From: Thalia democratica
Lineage: Eukaryota
Length of the DNA stretch: 64,000 nt
Direction of reading: 5' to 3'
Assembly (NCBI GenBank): GCA_965202585.1
Contig: OZ241831.1
Location: 40,114,001 to 40,178,000 of the forward strand
Shown here: piece by piece, positions 45,601 to 58,489 of the stretch
Position numbering within the stretch: position 1 is the first letter of the stretch
Layout of the letters: every line of letters begins with the position of its first letter
Position numbers and translations under genes: made by a program
Notes under the pieces: model-generated
What the model saw: the letters and a program-made list of their open reading frames with translations, nothing else
Told to the model about the DNA's origin: nothing
The model's database searches: none

Positions 45601-48580
45601 TACTTGTAAAGGTGCTGCAATACAAAATGCTTCTAACCTAAATTAAAATCATTAACTCTAATCTTGTTTTAGTTTTAGTAAACTAAGCCTTTACCACAGG
45701 GTTAAGCATTGAAAACTTGTGGATATTTGAACATACATGCAAAAAAAATAACAATTTTATTATGCCTAATGTTATATAATCGATACCGCAGCCTTTATTA
45801 TCAGTTATTGCCAAACAGTCTGCTGCAGTATATTATACTAAAAAAACAAATTTTTAGAAAGTTTACACATTGTAGTCAATAAAAGTATACGTAAAAATGA
45901 AGAACTTTAGTTTAGTAGGTACAAAAATTGTGGTTTTCATAAAGTTTATTTAAATTTAAACTAATTTGTTTCAGAAAAACTGTATACTGGGAAAGTACCA
46001 CTTATGTATATACAAATTTAACTCAAATTTTAAGCTTAAACTAAAAAGTCTGACTAAGTAGGCTATACTAAACGGATAAACATGTATGATAAGTCACTAT
46101 TATTTATACATCTATTTTCAAAGACAAATTAAACCATTTAAAAAAAAGGAAGCAACTTAAAGTTTTTGACTAAAAATATTACGATTTAAAAAAATTAAGC
46201 GTTCTGAAAAAAAAACTTTACTTTATGTAAAACAACTTTAATGAACAAACCGATTAATCTTAGATAAACATTTTTACAGTTTTTGATAAAGATAACTTTG
46301 AAGCCTTTATAGAACTTATATAAAATTGCACTTCCTAAAAGAGTTAAATAGATTGATCATGTGAAATCCAACAAAAAGCGTTCTTCTCTTTTTTGTTTTT
46401 ATCTTCAGGCAAAGACGTCCTTTTTATTTATTAAACCTTGCTTTAGAAATGTTATACACTATATATCATAAATCTATAAACAAACAATAAAAGCACTAGG
46501 ATAAAATTAACTGTACTAAGCCTGAATAATTTTCAAACAAGTTTTTACTACTACAAGTACAAAAACATTAAAGGTGTTATTTTAAATAAAAAAAATTTCA
46601 ACAGCTTGTTTCTAACTAAACTATCTTGTATACCTGTTAACATCCAACAGTTTCGACACTGGCGGATAACGCATCCACAAAGTTCGGTAAATCGAGGATT
46701 TGTCCGGAGTTTAAGCTATTTGCTATTAAATTGTTTACATGAGATAAATAACAAATAAAACTAACGCATAATGTTTCTTGTTTTTTTATTGTTGTTTTAA
46801 ATGAAAGCTTTGTTCCTTATACACACCATACGACGAAACAACTTGAAAGATTTTTTTAAACAAGAACTTATGCCAACAAGAATTTAAAATCAAACTAAGT
46901 AAATTAAAAGGTGTTTATAATATTTTTTTTTAATTACTATGAACTAAGCTTTACAAAAACTTCAAATAACAAAAATGCCAACAAATATAACCTCCATTTC
47001 ACTTTTCAATGAATTGTCAATACCAACAGAGTACCCTCGGAACCACGGCTTCAGAGTCCATTTTGTCTCTAAACATAACAATACTAAGTTTTAGCATAAA
47101 AAATTTAATCTTACATAAACGAAATTGATTATGTTAAATTAAAAAGGATAAGAACATGGTTGCGTAATTAGGTTGAAAACATGTGTCCTAAGCACTTTTA
47201 CTTTCTGCTGAAGTTTACTGGGCAAAACGGGTTATTATTAAATTAATGTTACCTCGGGCGAATCAGAACTTAATAAGCTCGGTATTTTTAAAACGTATAT
47301 TTAAAAATTTCTGCCCATTTCTTAAAATCCCCAACATTTTGTTCAGTTTTTGGTTGTTGTCATATAACGGAGTTTCCAGAATTTTCGAACTAAAAAAGTG
47401 ATTATAAATATATTTTTAATACGTGTGGTTTATAACTAATTAAAATATTGCAACCCTTCCAATAGTATGAAATGTGGCCAGAAAACTGGCGATGCTGTAA
47501 ATTTTTTCCAATCCAATCAATTAATTCTAACGACCCCTTTTTGACCTGCCGACTTTAGAATCTAAAGTGTTATGCGTTTAAAAGAATTAAAATTAGCTTA
47601 ATTAAAACTGTAAAACATATGTATTCTTGTGTTGTGTTTATTTTTTTGAAATTTTCAAGTAATAAATTTTAACTTTGGATTGAATTTTAGCTGATACTTT
47701 TTCAGTTGAGTAGCAAATTTTTTTTGTTAATCAAAAAATAACAGTAACCTGCCAATTCAGTACACAATAAAATAAAAACTAAAATAATCAAAACTTGAAA
47801 AGTTACTGTGTTTCAACCTTGCAATATTCAACTAAATTTTCAATTGCTGTGTAGTTTGAAAATGTGGTTTTCCCAACAAAGTTTGTTTTAAATAATAGTT
47901 TATGTTCAATAAAACATTTTTCTTCTTCATAACATTAAAAAAAAAACCCGTGGTGTGCAACATTATAACTAAAAAGTTTTTCGTGCACCAGGTCCTAAGA
48001 CCAAATATTTTGAGCGAGGTTTTCTTTTGTTTACTAAACAATTACTATCAACTATTAGATTGAACATTCTTAATTAAAATTATAGCTTCTGTTTGATAAA
48101 AACTAATAACAGCCATTTATTTTCATTGAACAGCACTTTATTAAGGGAAATTTTAGCAAGTTACTAAAAAGATTTCTTTAACAAAACTGAAACTATAAAG
48201 CATTAAATTTTTGTCACATCAAAATCAAATTTTATATCTCAATTTATTTGAGCTGGCTCGAGGACATGTAAAAGTTTCTTATTCTAATTTTTATATGTAA
48301 TAAATTCAATATAAAATTTCTAGCAAATAAGCAAAAATAAATGAACAAACAACGTTTTAGTGAATATTCTAAGTTTTTTTTTTCAGGGGTTGTACAGGAA
48401 ACACGTTTTTGGCTAACTCATTTAACCGGAAATAAAAACTACAAAATTCAAAAAAAAAACATATTTGTTTAGTTAAAAGTTGCTAAAGTTAATTTTCAGG
48501 CATAACATTAAGATTTATAGCTTAATTTATAGCAACATATTTTACGACAAAGTAGTTGAGTTTTGTTTTATAGAGTATAA

Positions 48581-48738
48581 CATAATGGTGGACAACCTAC
48601 GGCCCCGTGCAGGATCCAACGTAAGAGAAGAATTACTGACTTTGTTTAAATTTACTTGAATATTACCTGTGACCCCTTTACTACTCATGCTCCTCATTTG
48701 ACCCCTTTGCTGCTTATGGCCCCCTTTAGGAAACCATG
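48581..48738. mobile_element. Short hAT-MITE remnant with ends from two families
   Basis: The left end resembles the 42359 family (GGTGGACAACCTACGGCC). The reverse complement of the right end (CATGGTTTCCTAAAGGGGGCCATAAGCAGCAAAGGGG) resembles the left end at 44045. Confidence 0.5.
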
Positions 48739-48834
48739 GTTTAGAATGATACATTTTGGAATTTATTTAAAAACTTAAATACATATATACAAGTCCAAAT
48801 TATGATCAAAAAATTAGTTTTATGAAAGAATTTA

Positions 48835-51800
48835 AATTGTTCTTAACTTATAACAAAGAAGCAGTCACCGTGATAAAGTATTTATAATGATTTTCAACTT
48901 CACAATGCACTGCTACAAAATACTGTTAGATATTAAAAAAAAAATATTTTATTGGTTTTAAGTAAATTGCTTTTCATTTTGTATGTGTGTATGTCATTGT
49001 CAAATAGTGGCACCTGATCGTTTTTAATATTATCAACATAAGTTAAAGTTGTCTGAATTCATGCAATTTTTTTGTGTACTTTAAAAAAAATAAAGAGTGA
49101 AAATTAACAATGGCTGCCGTTTTTTTTATTCGAGATAAATTTTTTAGCTCTTTACATCATGCAATCGAAGAAAATCGACTGGTGCAGCACGGAAACGTGT
49201 GACTTGTTTGGAAAGTACAACAGTGTCCAGTTGGTTGCTTGTGGTTGATGGAAAGTTTAGTTAGTAAACAAAAAGAAAAAGTCATTAAACTCTATATTGT
49301 TTGATTAGATAATTTTTAAAGGCTTATGCGACTACAAATATGAAAACACGATAATGCTACAACTTGATCATAGCATGCTTGAATTAAAGTACTAATCTTA
49401 TTTAAAATCATTACGAATATTAAGAAAATTTAGAAAAAAACTTTAAAAATAGTTTCAAATTTTGTAATACCAAAACCTTATAAGTTTAACATATCAAAGT
49501 CTACAGAAAATACCAAACTAGAAACTGAAACATTTTATACCAAAAAAACTTCTTTTTAAAACGTTATTTCGATTTTTGTAAGTTTTATTTATTTGTACAG
49601 AACAGCTAAATTATGAAATTTTTACCAAGTTTTAAAATGTGTTTTTATTATTCATTTTAAGTAAATACACTTTTTTGCGAATGGGTTCTTTAACGTAAAT
49701 TACCTGTCTACGTAATAAAATAACTTTTTGTATACATAAAAAATATATAAGAAATTGTTTTTATGTATTTTTAGTTTATGATCTACAATTTTGAATTTTT
49801 ATTTTATTGCAACGCGCTTAGCTTTAATATTCTATTATTCTGTTTTTGTTTTTACAATTCAAATGTGCTCAAATTTAGTATTATGTAAACATTTTTTTTA
49901 CTTATCATTTAATTAATCATACTCAGATGTGGTGTAGAACTGAGTTTTCTTTTTAATTTCAAATTGTCGATTCAATTTAGCAATTTAACATTGAATGTTA
50001 CTTATCTCTTGCCAAAATTTTCAAAGTAATGACGCATTTATATTAAACTAATTTAAAGATAATAAATCAATATTTAAAGTTTTTAACAACAGTTTAATGT
50101 ACTACATCAGTGTATTAAGAAACACAATAAATATGTAATTGTTGATAACACAACAAGTCAAGTTCGTTTAATTATGTAACTACTTCTCTTTAGTTATTAG
50201 ATTAATTGAAATTTCGAAACAGCCATTAAAATTAATCTTTTTAATCCAGACAGATTGACTTGTTTAAAAATTAGCTTTTTCTTGATAGATTCTCTACTTC
50301 ATCAATACGAGTCTTTTTAACAACTCATTGAAATTGTATCAAATTTTTGACAGCAGACTATAATTTTTTTTTATAAACAAAACAAACTTATTCTCAAGAT
50401 TTTATTTTACAGCTTCATTTTAAATTAATTAATTAAAAGCTTTAAAACCTGATTCAGTGATTAACGATTAATTTCTAATTTAAACTAAAAAAAAATTTAA
50501 TTTCGAAAACAAAATCGAATAAAAAATTAAAATTAGTATTTTATATATTCGTAAACAAGTTATTTCTTGATCAAGTTTTTTTTTAACTTAAATTCTTTTT
50601 AAATCACAACAAAGTAGCAGTCATCGTATAAACATAATGACTTTTAACTTAACACTGCACAGGTATAAAATACTGTGAAATAATTTAAAAATTCATATTT
50701 GGTTGATATTAAGTAAATTGCTTTCCATTTGCCTGTGTGTATATCATTGTCAAATAGTGGCACCAGATCGTTTTTAATGTTATCAACAGAAGTTAATGTT
50801 GTTTAAGTTAATGTAATTTTTTGTGTATTGAAAAAAATAAAGAGTGAAAATTCGCAATGGCAGCCGTGTATTTTATTCAAAATAAATTTACTTCAAGCAA
50901 TCGAAGAAAATCGAAGAAAACAAAAGAGACACGTGTGATGTGAAATGTCCAGTCGGTTACAATGCTCGATGGAAAGTTCAGTTTGTAAATAAAAAGAAGA
51001 CACAGAGTTACTAAATTCTATACCGTTTGAAAAGGATTTTCTTTTAAAGACTTATACAGTTTTAAAAAAACGGTATTGCTAGAACTAGATCGCAGCATGT
51101 TTGAAAATTCTAAAATAAAAATATTGTTATAAATAATAATAAATATTGACTAAACAAGAAACAAATGTTAAATATTGTTGTTATTTTTTTCTTACCAAAA
51201 CCTAAAATTTTAAACATAAAAACATTTGGGTTAACAAAAAAAAAAATTTAAAAATGGAAGTTTCCAATTACTTAAAAATTTCATACTAAAATTTCATTTA
51301 CGACTTTATACAGAAAACCTTACTATTGAAAATTTTTCACCGAATTTTTTAATCGATTTTTTTATTAGTTTAATATCAATAAAAATATTTTTGAGGATGT
51401 GTACTTCACGCTAAAATAGCTGTTGAAGTTAAAAAATGTGTTGTTATGTATTTTCAGTTGATGATATACTTTTTTTACTTTTAATTTTTTCTTTTATTGC
51501 GAAGCGATTAGTTTTATAATTTTGTTATTCTGTGTTTATTTTTATAAGTCCATTGTACTCAGATTTAGTATAACGTAAACAAAATTTATTTACTTATTAT
51601 TGAATCAATTATACTCAGATGTGGTGTAGAACTGATTTTTTTTTTGTAATTCTAAGTTGTCAATTCAATTATAAAATTTCACATGGAAGTGAGTGTGACG
51701 CATTTATATTTAACTAACTTGAAGATAATAAATTGATGACATAAATTAAAATCAAATAAAATTAATCAACATTTGAAACCTTCAAACAGCAGTTCAATGT

Positions 51801-52190
51801 ACTCCAGCAGTGTAACAAGTAATCCAATAAATATTTAATTGTTGGTTACACAACAGTTTATGATCGTTTAGTTATGTAACTACAAATCTTTATTTATTAG
51901 ATTAATTAAAATTTCGAAACAGCCATTAAAATTAATCTTTTTAAGCTGTACAGTTCGACTTGTATAAAAATTCTTTTTTTATCAAAAGATTCTATATTTC
52001 ATCAGTGGAAGTCATTATACCAACTCGTTGAACTTGTATTAAGGTTAAAGCAGACTAAACCTTTTGTCATAAAAAAAAAACTTTTTCTTAAAAGTTAATT
52101 TTGAAGTGCAATCTTTAAAAGATTAACTAATATCTGTTAAAAAATAAAATATTTTAAAGCATTAAAACCTGATTCGGTGATTAACACATA
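48835..52190. repeat. Diverged tandem duplication, units ~48835-50470 and ~50583-52190
   Basis: Collinear anchors: ATACTCAGATGTGGTGTAGAACTGA (~49920 / ~51611), ATTTCGAAACAGCCATTAAAATTAATCTTTTTAA (~50211 / ~51912), AAAACCTGATTC(A/G)GTGATTAAC (~50444 / ~52164). Confidence 0.9.
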
Positions 52191-52277
52191 AATTATAGTT
52201 TTAAACTTTTATAGTTATTTTCTTAAATAAAAAATATAGATTGCTTAATTTACTGAAATTTAAACACCTTGTTTAAA

Positions 52278-52837
52278 CAAAGGTGTGCAAATTTAATATT
52301 TTATTTACAACCGCGTTTCGGTGACAAAAAAAAAGCGATAAAAAAATTAAATTTTTTTTAGATAGTCCTTAAATCCGTTTAAATTTCAACTATTACATTA
52401 CCTTAAACAAAATTAGATTTTATTTTATTTTTCAGTGACTTAGAGTTTTGTTAATGTTTTGTTGATACCTGGCTTAAATTTCCAATTTTAGTTAGTTTTT
52501 AATTCCATTTAGATAAATTTCAAGGTACAAATATGTTTTAATTTTTTTTATAAGCTTTTAATGCAGTTAATTTTGTTTGACTCATTATATTAATTAAATA
52601 CACTTCGTTTAAAAACTAATACTAATTTTACCTAATTATACATCGATAAGCCTGAATTTTCAAATATCTAACATTTTAATTTTTTTTTAGACTTTTATGC
52701 ATGAATAAGTTTTTAAATAACAATATAGATAAGCAACATTGTTATGTGCAGTCTAATTCTTTATTTTACTTCAAGAGATCGCAATTTTTTGTCACTGAAA
52801 CCGGTTGTAATTAAAATATTTAATTTGCACATCTTTA
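52278..52837. mobile_element. MITE-like element with ~60-bp imperfect TIRs
   Basis: AAAGGTGTGCAAATTTAATATTTTATTTACAACCGCGTTTCGGTGACAAAAAA versus the reverse complement of the right end, AAAGATGTGCAAATTAAATATTTTAATTACAACCGGTTTCAGTGACAAAAAA. No TSD seen. Confidence 0.7.
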
Positions 52838-55327
52838 TCTAATTTAAAACTTAAAAAAAAAAACGTTTTTTTTCTAATTAAAAAATCTAATTTATTAAAA
52901 AATACATACACAGATTAAAGAACTCAAGTGATTTGTTAAAATTTGAAGTAAGTAACAAAAAATTGTTTTAATAATTAATTAGGTACTAATTTTTTATTTT
53001 TTAAGTATCTTGGTTTTAATTTTTTTTCATATTTAATTCATGAAGTTTAACAACACATACAAAAAATAGTTATATATATCGGTCATAGAGGATTACTTAC
53101 ATGCAATATACATAAATAATATAACGTGGAAGTTGAAAGAAGAGATTAGAGTCAGTTGTTAGAGAAAACATTAATAAAAGGTTTGAAATATTCTAGATAG
53201 TGGAGGAAAAAAGCAAACATGTAGATATTAGTCGAATAGAATACTTACGTTTAGCTACCAAAAAATCAAACATTCGAAGTTCACTGTATTTTTGTATTTT
53301 AATAACAAAATTGTTCATAATTTAAAAAATTTTTCAAAACTGTAAAAAACTACTTATTGCCTATTTTAGTTAGGTTTAAAAGCACAAAGTAATTGGTTTT
53401 TTGATAAATATTTATTTTAAAAACGGTTTTATGTTTCTTACAAATCATTAAACACAACGAAAAATAATAATCCTTAATACAATTGGTGTAAACGTTTTTA
53501 AGAACGCAATAAGTAGTTTTCATATGTTTCTAAATAACGGCAAAAATAGAATTTGAGGTTTAAGTTTGTTTTTCAACATTAGGTATTTTTAGTTTAAGAA
53601 CAGCTTTTATTTAATTGCAGTATAATCTTTGTTAAAATAAATGTTAACTGTAACACTTTTTTTTTCATGTCGCAAGTTTTTCAGACTCAACTTGATAATG
53701 ACACATTTTAATTTATGTTATTTTGATTTCAAATGAATTCTAATGCTATAGCTTGTCGAAAGCAAAGTAAAAAAATTAGTCTACTTTAAGTATAATGCTA
53801 AAAGTTCTACAATGCATTACTTAATGAAAATGAACTTACTACATTTTTGAATTTATGAATATTGTATATTTACACTTTTTATTGTTTTTACTACTGTTGT
53901 TACTAGTTTTACTATTATTTAATTTTATTACTTGTGCTTATATGTATTACATAAAAATAAGGACTTAAAACTCAATAAAAAAGCTAAGTTCAATATTAAG
54001 CGTGCATTGAAAGTCAATTAACTACGCGTAGAATCGCTAATGTGCGGCTTAGTTGAAAATGAAAGTGAAAAGTTGTCAACAATACAACAGGGAAAAATAA
54101 CTCATTGTATACCAAGTTTACTGTGAAATATTTGTTGAGTTTTATCAAAATTATAAGTGAAATTATGTTTTTTTTTTATTTATTATTATAATAACATTGC
54201 CAATTGCCATTTGTTCAACAACATTTAATTTAATTATTAAAAAAAAATATCGTTTTAAAATCAACTTAGTTTTACGTTTAAATAACTATTTTAAACAATT
54301 AATCAAATGTAAAAATTACTATTTGTAAAAATGATTTAGTTGTGTTTAGTACTAAATTGAGCTAAATACTTTGTTAAATTTATTTTTAATTAATAAATGT
54401 TTTGTTTTATATAGATTTTATTAAATTGATCTAAACTAAAATTTATCGAATTATAAAAACTTATACATTTCTCAACTAATTAACAGATCTTACTGCAAAT
54501 AGTAACAAACATTAAAACAGATATTTATTTAAAAATGTTTCTTATGTTTTATAAAAAAATCTCCAAAATAACCTTTTTGTATAAGATTGTTATCGAAGCA
54601 GAAAAAAATCACAAAAAACATTTAATGTAACATTTGAATGGCTTTAATCTATATGACTTAAAGATAAAAAATCTTTTAAAATAATTGGATACTAAAGCCA
54701 TTTATTTGAGCTTTATAAAACATTAAAGGTTAAAGTTTATTATAGTGCATTTCAGTACACTAAATACTGTCATAAAATAGACAAGTTATCGATTTATAAG
54801 TACTATTTTAATGCATAGTAGACTAGTACTATGCCTTTTAACTTTGATAACTTGCTATAAATCAATAATTCCATTTTTTAGAAATGTTTTTTTTAATTAA
54901 ACATTATACACATTAACAAGTAAATTTTTTTCTTGTTAAGTATGTGTATTTTTTCTAGTATTTAGTGTGTAGTTTTTCATATTTAAAAACTCGTTAGTGT
55001 TGGAACTAACTAAAGAAACACCATAATCTCTAATGAAAATAACTTTATGATATAAAACTTACTTAAACATATAAGTAAGCAAAACATACCAGAAAAACTT
55101 CTACGAAATGAAGTAGGTGAATTGTGACTTAACAAGTTCATTTTATCTGCAACATACTTGTTTTAAACAAACAGTGTTTGTTAATAATAATGTAAGATAA
55201 AAAACTTAACAAATAATATTTTGATATTCTTTTTATTCAAATAAGCATCACTAAAAAAATCTCATTTTGATTTTTTTTGTTAATTGTGAGCAACTAGTAA
55301 ACTTTTCAGTCAACTTGTAGAAGTAAA

Positions 55328-58300
55328 ATGACGTCGACAAATGTAGCAACTTCAGTTGAGAAATTAACATCTAATGACGTCACAAAATTAATTGTCGAAT
55401 TGTTTCTATACCGGGTAATACCAACAGTTCTGTCTGTAGTCTGTTTTCTAGGATTGTTGGGAAACTTCACAGTGGTTTATGTCATGATAAAAGTAAAACG
55501 AGTTGTTGTAATAAGCTGTTTTAAATATAAGATTAAAGCTCGTTAAACTTAATGAAACAGCGTTTTGAATTACGATTTTTATGAATACCACCATGCAGTA
55601 ACTAAAATAAACTAATAAATTTGTATAGCTTTATAAAAAGTTTTTAAACACATTCAAAAATTATATAACTCTAAAACCTTGTTTTTAAAATTTCTGTCGT
55701 AAAAAAAGACATTTTGTGATGTTTTCAAAAGTATAAACATCATAAATAAATATAGATTATTTTCAGGCTAAAAGGAGAAGTATAACGGATCTATACGTTA
55801 TGAATTTAGCTATCACTGATTTTATATTTCTTCTGATGTTACCATTTTGGATTTCTGATTTTTATATGTACAGACTGTGAGTTTAGAAGTGTATATTTAT
55901 TTATTTATTTTTTAATCTATTATGACTAAATTGATGAAAAGGCTAATTTAAAAAATCATAATCTTAGCTATAATTATTTGTTTTAAGCTAAAAAAATATT
56001 TAATACTTTACACACATTGTTCATTACATAAATAGCAATCTTCTATATTTAAATTGACGTTTAAATTTCTACAGTAAATCAAATAATTTATATAAGTAAT
56101 GTTGATAATATTTAAAGCTGGATATTTGGAGATTTTATGTGTAAATTAGTCAGTACAATTACTCTAATGCACATGTACCTCGGAAACTTACTGGTTTCTA
56201 TCATGGCTGTAGATAGAGTCATAGCTGTTGTATTTTATAAAAAAGTTGGTTTCATGAGGTTTGTCCACTTTATATGAGTAAAATACAATTTCTATGATGT
56301 TTTTTGCATAAATTACTTTTTCAAAATTAGTACTAATCAATAATTTATTCTTAGGGTTTTATATACCTCAAAAAATTCATAAAACAAATTATACAAATAT
56401 TTAATTATTTGTTTTTCGGGTTTATCTTCGCTAATAATTTTTAAAAGTTATAATTTAGACTAAATCATATAAAATAATCCAACTAAAACTGTAATTGTAG
56501 TCTGTAATTTTTGTTTTATTTCTATAATAAGTTTCTATAATGAACTAGTTATAACTTTTTTTAGATCGAAATATCGTGCGAAGGTTTTAGTTTTTGCTGC
56601 CTGGTTAATATCTGTTTGTCTGTCTTTACCAGGAGGTGTAAATTGTAAAGTCTTTTCTCAAGCAAATGGTATGTGCTTATTTGAATTTTTGTTTTCATAT
56701 AAAGCTTATACTTACTTTATGTTTTAAGTAACTACCGTTTCGAAAAGTTTAACTTATTTTGATGGGCTGTAGTAAAAGTTTTTTTAAACTCATAGAAAAA
56801 GTAGTTCGACTTAAGTATTAACTTCTGTGGCTTTTTCGATAATTGATTTTTCAAATGAAATTAAATAACAAACCAAAGCTATACAAACCTGTAAATAGTT
56901 TATGTCATTAATACGACTTTAGTTTATGTGCAGGCTTTTTAGTGTATACTAAAATTTAAACGAACCACAATACAACTTAAGAAAATTGCAGACAATTTTT
57001 AACTTGAATGGTTTTTAAACTTAATAACAAACTGTTATTATATATATAAACACAGTCTCTAGTTTAAATTGTTGCGTAATAGATAAAACTAATACAGGTA
57101 CATTTCGAGTATGTAGGTTTAGATTTGGACCACAACAATTTATGCTCAATGTTCAGACATTTTTAAGGTTTGTTTTACACTAAACATTTATAGTAAAGTT
57201 TTAAAGAAATATTAGCAACTACTTAGGCTTAATATTTTTTATATTAAATAGTTAAAATCTATCTAATACAAACTGTAAACTTTTTTTAACGTGTAAATAA
57301 ACCTTTTTTTTTTGAATTAGAAAAATATTTGTTTTTGACTTTGTACTTTGCACTTTGAACTTTATTAAAAATATATTGAAAAGATAATGTTTCAAGTTTA
57401 AAACAGTTAACGATGATTGATTTAGAATTATTTAATTCAAAAATTTGAAATAACTGATTGCACTTAAAATATCATTTATTTTATTATTGTTAAACTTGTG
57501 ACATTAATAAAAAAAACTTGAAATCAAAATAAATGTTAATATGTAAGAAAATCAATTTTTAGATTTCATAATAACTATACTTTTTGTTAACTTGTTATGA
57601 TAATCATAGTTTTTTTTATCATGTGAATTGTAAGTAAAAATTCAGTTTATTGAAACTTTGGCACATTCATACAAGGTTATTAGATATTAAATATATGATA
57701 ATATGCATACTTTACAAATTTACAACGTTTGATATTTTTACTACAGGCTAATTCCAGGTTTTCTAATTCCTCTTGTTGTCAATTGTGTTTGCAGTGCCTG
57801 CATTATTGTTTATCTTAAAAATAAGAAGACTTTGGGACGGCAAACTAAAATAAGACAGGTAATCTTAAACTAAAAACAGTTTCATATGATAAAACGATTT
57901 CAAGACAATTTAAAAATATTCAAATTCGTAAAAAGAAAAAAATGTAAATATTGACACTTATAACAATAACGCTGATTTTTAGGTTTTAAGCAATAAAAAT
58001 GTTGTTACCATTTTACAGAAAAAGGCAACAAAGACTGTGATGTTTATTGTTTTGTTTTATGTAATTTGCTGGCTACCGAATCAAATAACCCATTTCATGT
58101 ATTTCTTACAATTTAAAGATTATACTCGTAAGTTCCTATTTACTAATTACATTTAAAAAATGCTTAGTAACATACTATAACCTAGTACAAGATTTATACT
58201 TATTGATTATACTAATACTATTTTAAAAATTTAAATACTTTTCTATAAGCTTAAACAATTGATTTAGTAAAATCTTTCAAGATATTTTCCACAGAATAAA

Positions 58301-58489
58301 AGTATATAAATAGTTATTGCTTAAAACAACTAAAAAAAAATTTCTAAATACTCAGACTTCCAACAATATCAGATGAAAATTTTGTATTTAGTTCATATGA
58401 GTTGCCTTTGTATTCTTTACACTCACTCTTGTATCAATCCAATTCTGTATGGTTTTATTCGTGAGGACTTCAAATTCAAAGTTTGTTAA
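55328..58489 (+). CDS. Class A (rhodopsin-like) GPCR, peptide/chemoattractant-receptor-like, 8 exons, ~314 aa
   Basis: Exons 55328-55492, 55767-55876, 56118-56258, 56565-56668, 57098-57167, 57747-57858, 58019-58127, 58356-58489; GT-AG, phases consistent, 945 nt. Motifs: GN (TM1), NLAITD...LPFW (TM2), WIFGDFMCK, DRV, W in TM4, FLIP (TM5), CWLP (TM6), NPILY (TM7). The C-terminus may continue through a donor at 58481. Confidence 0.9.
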
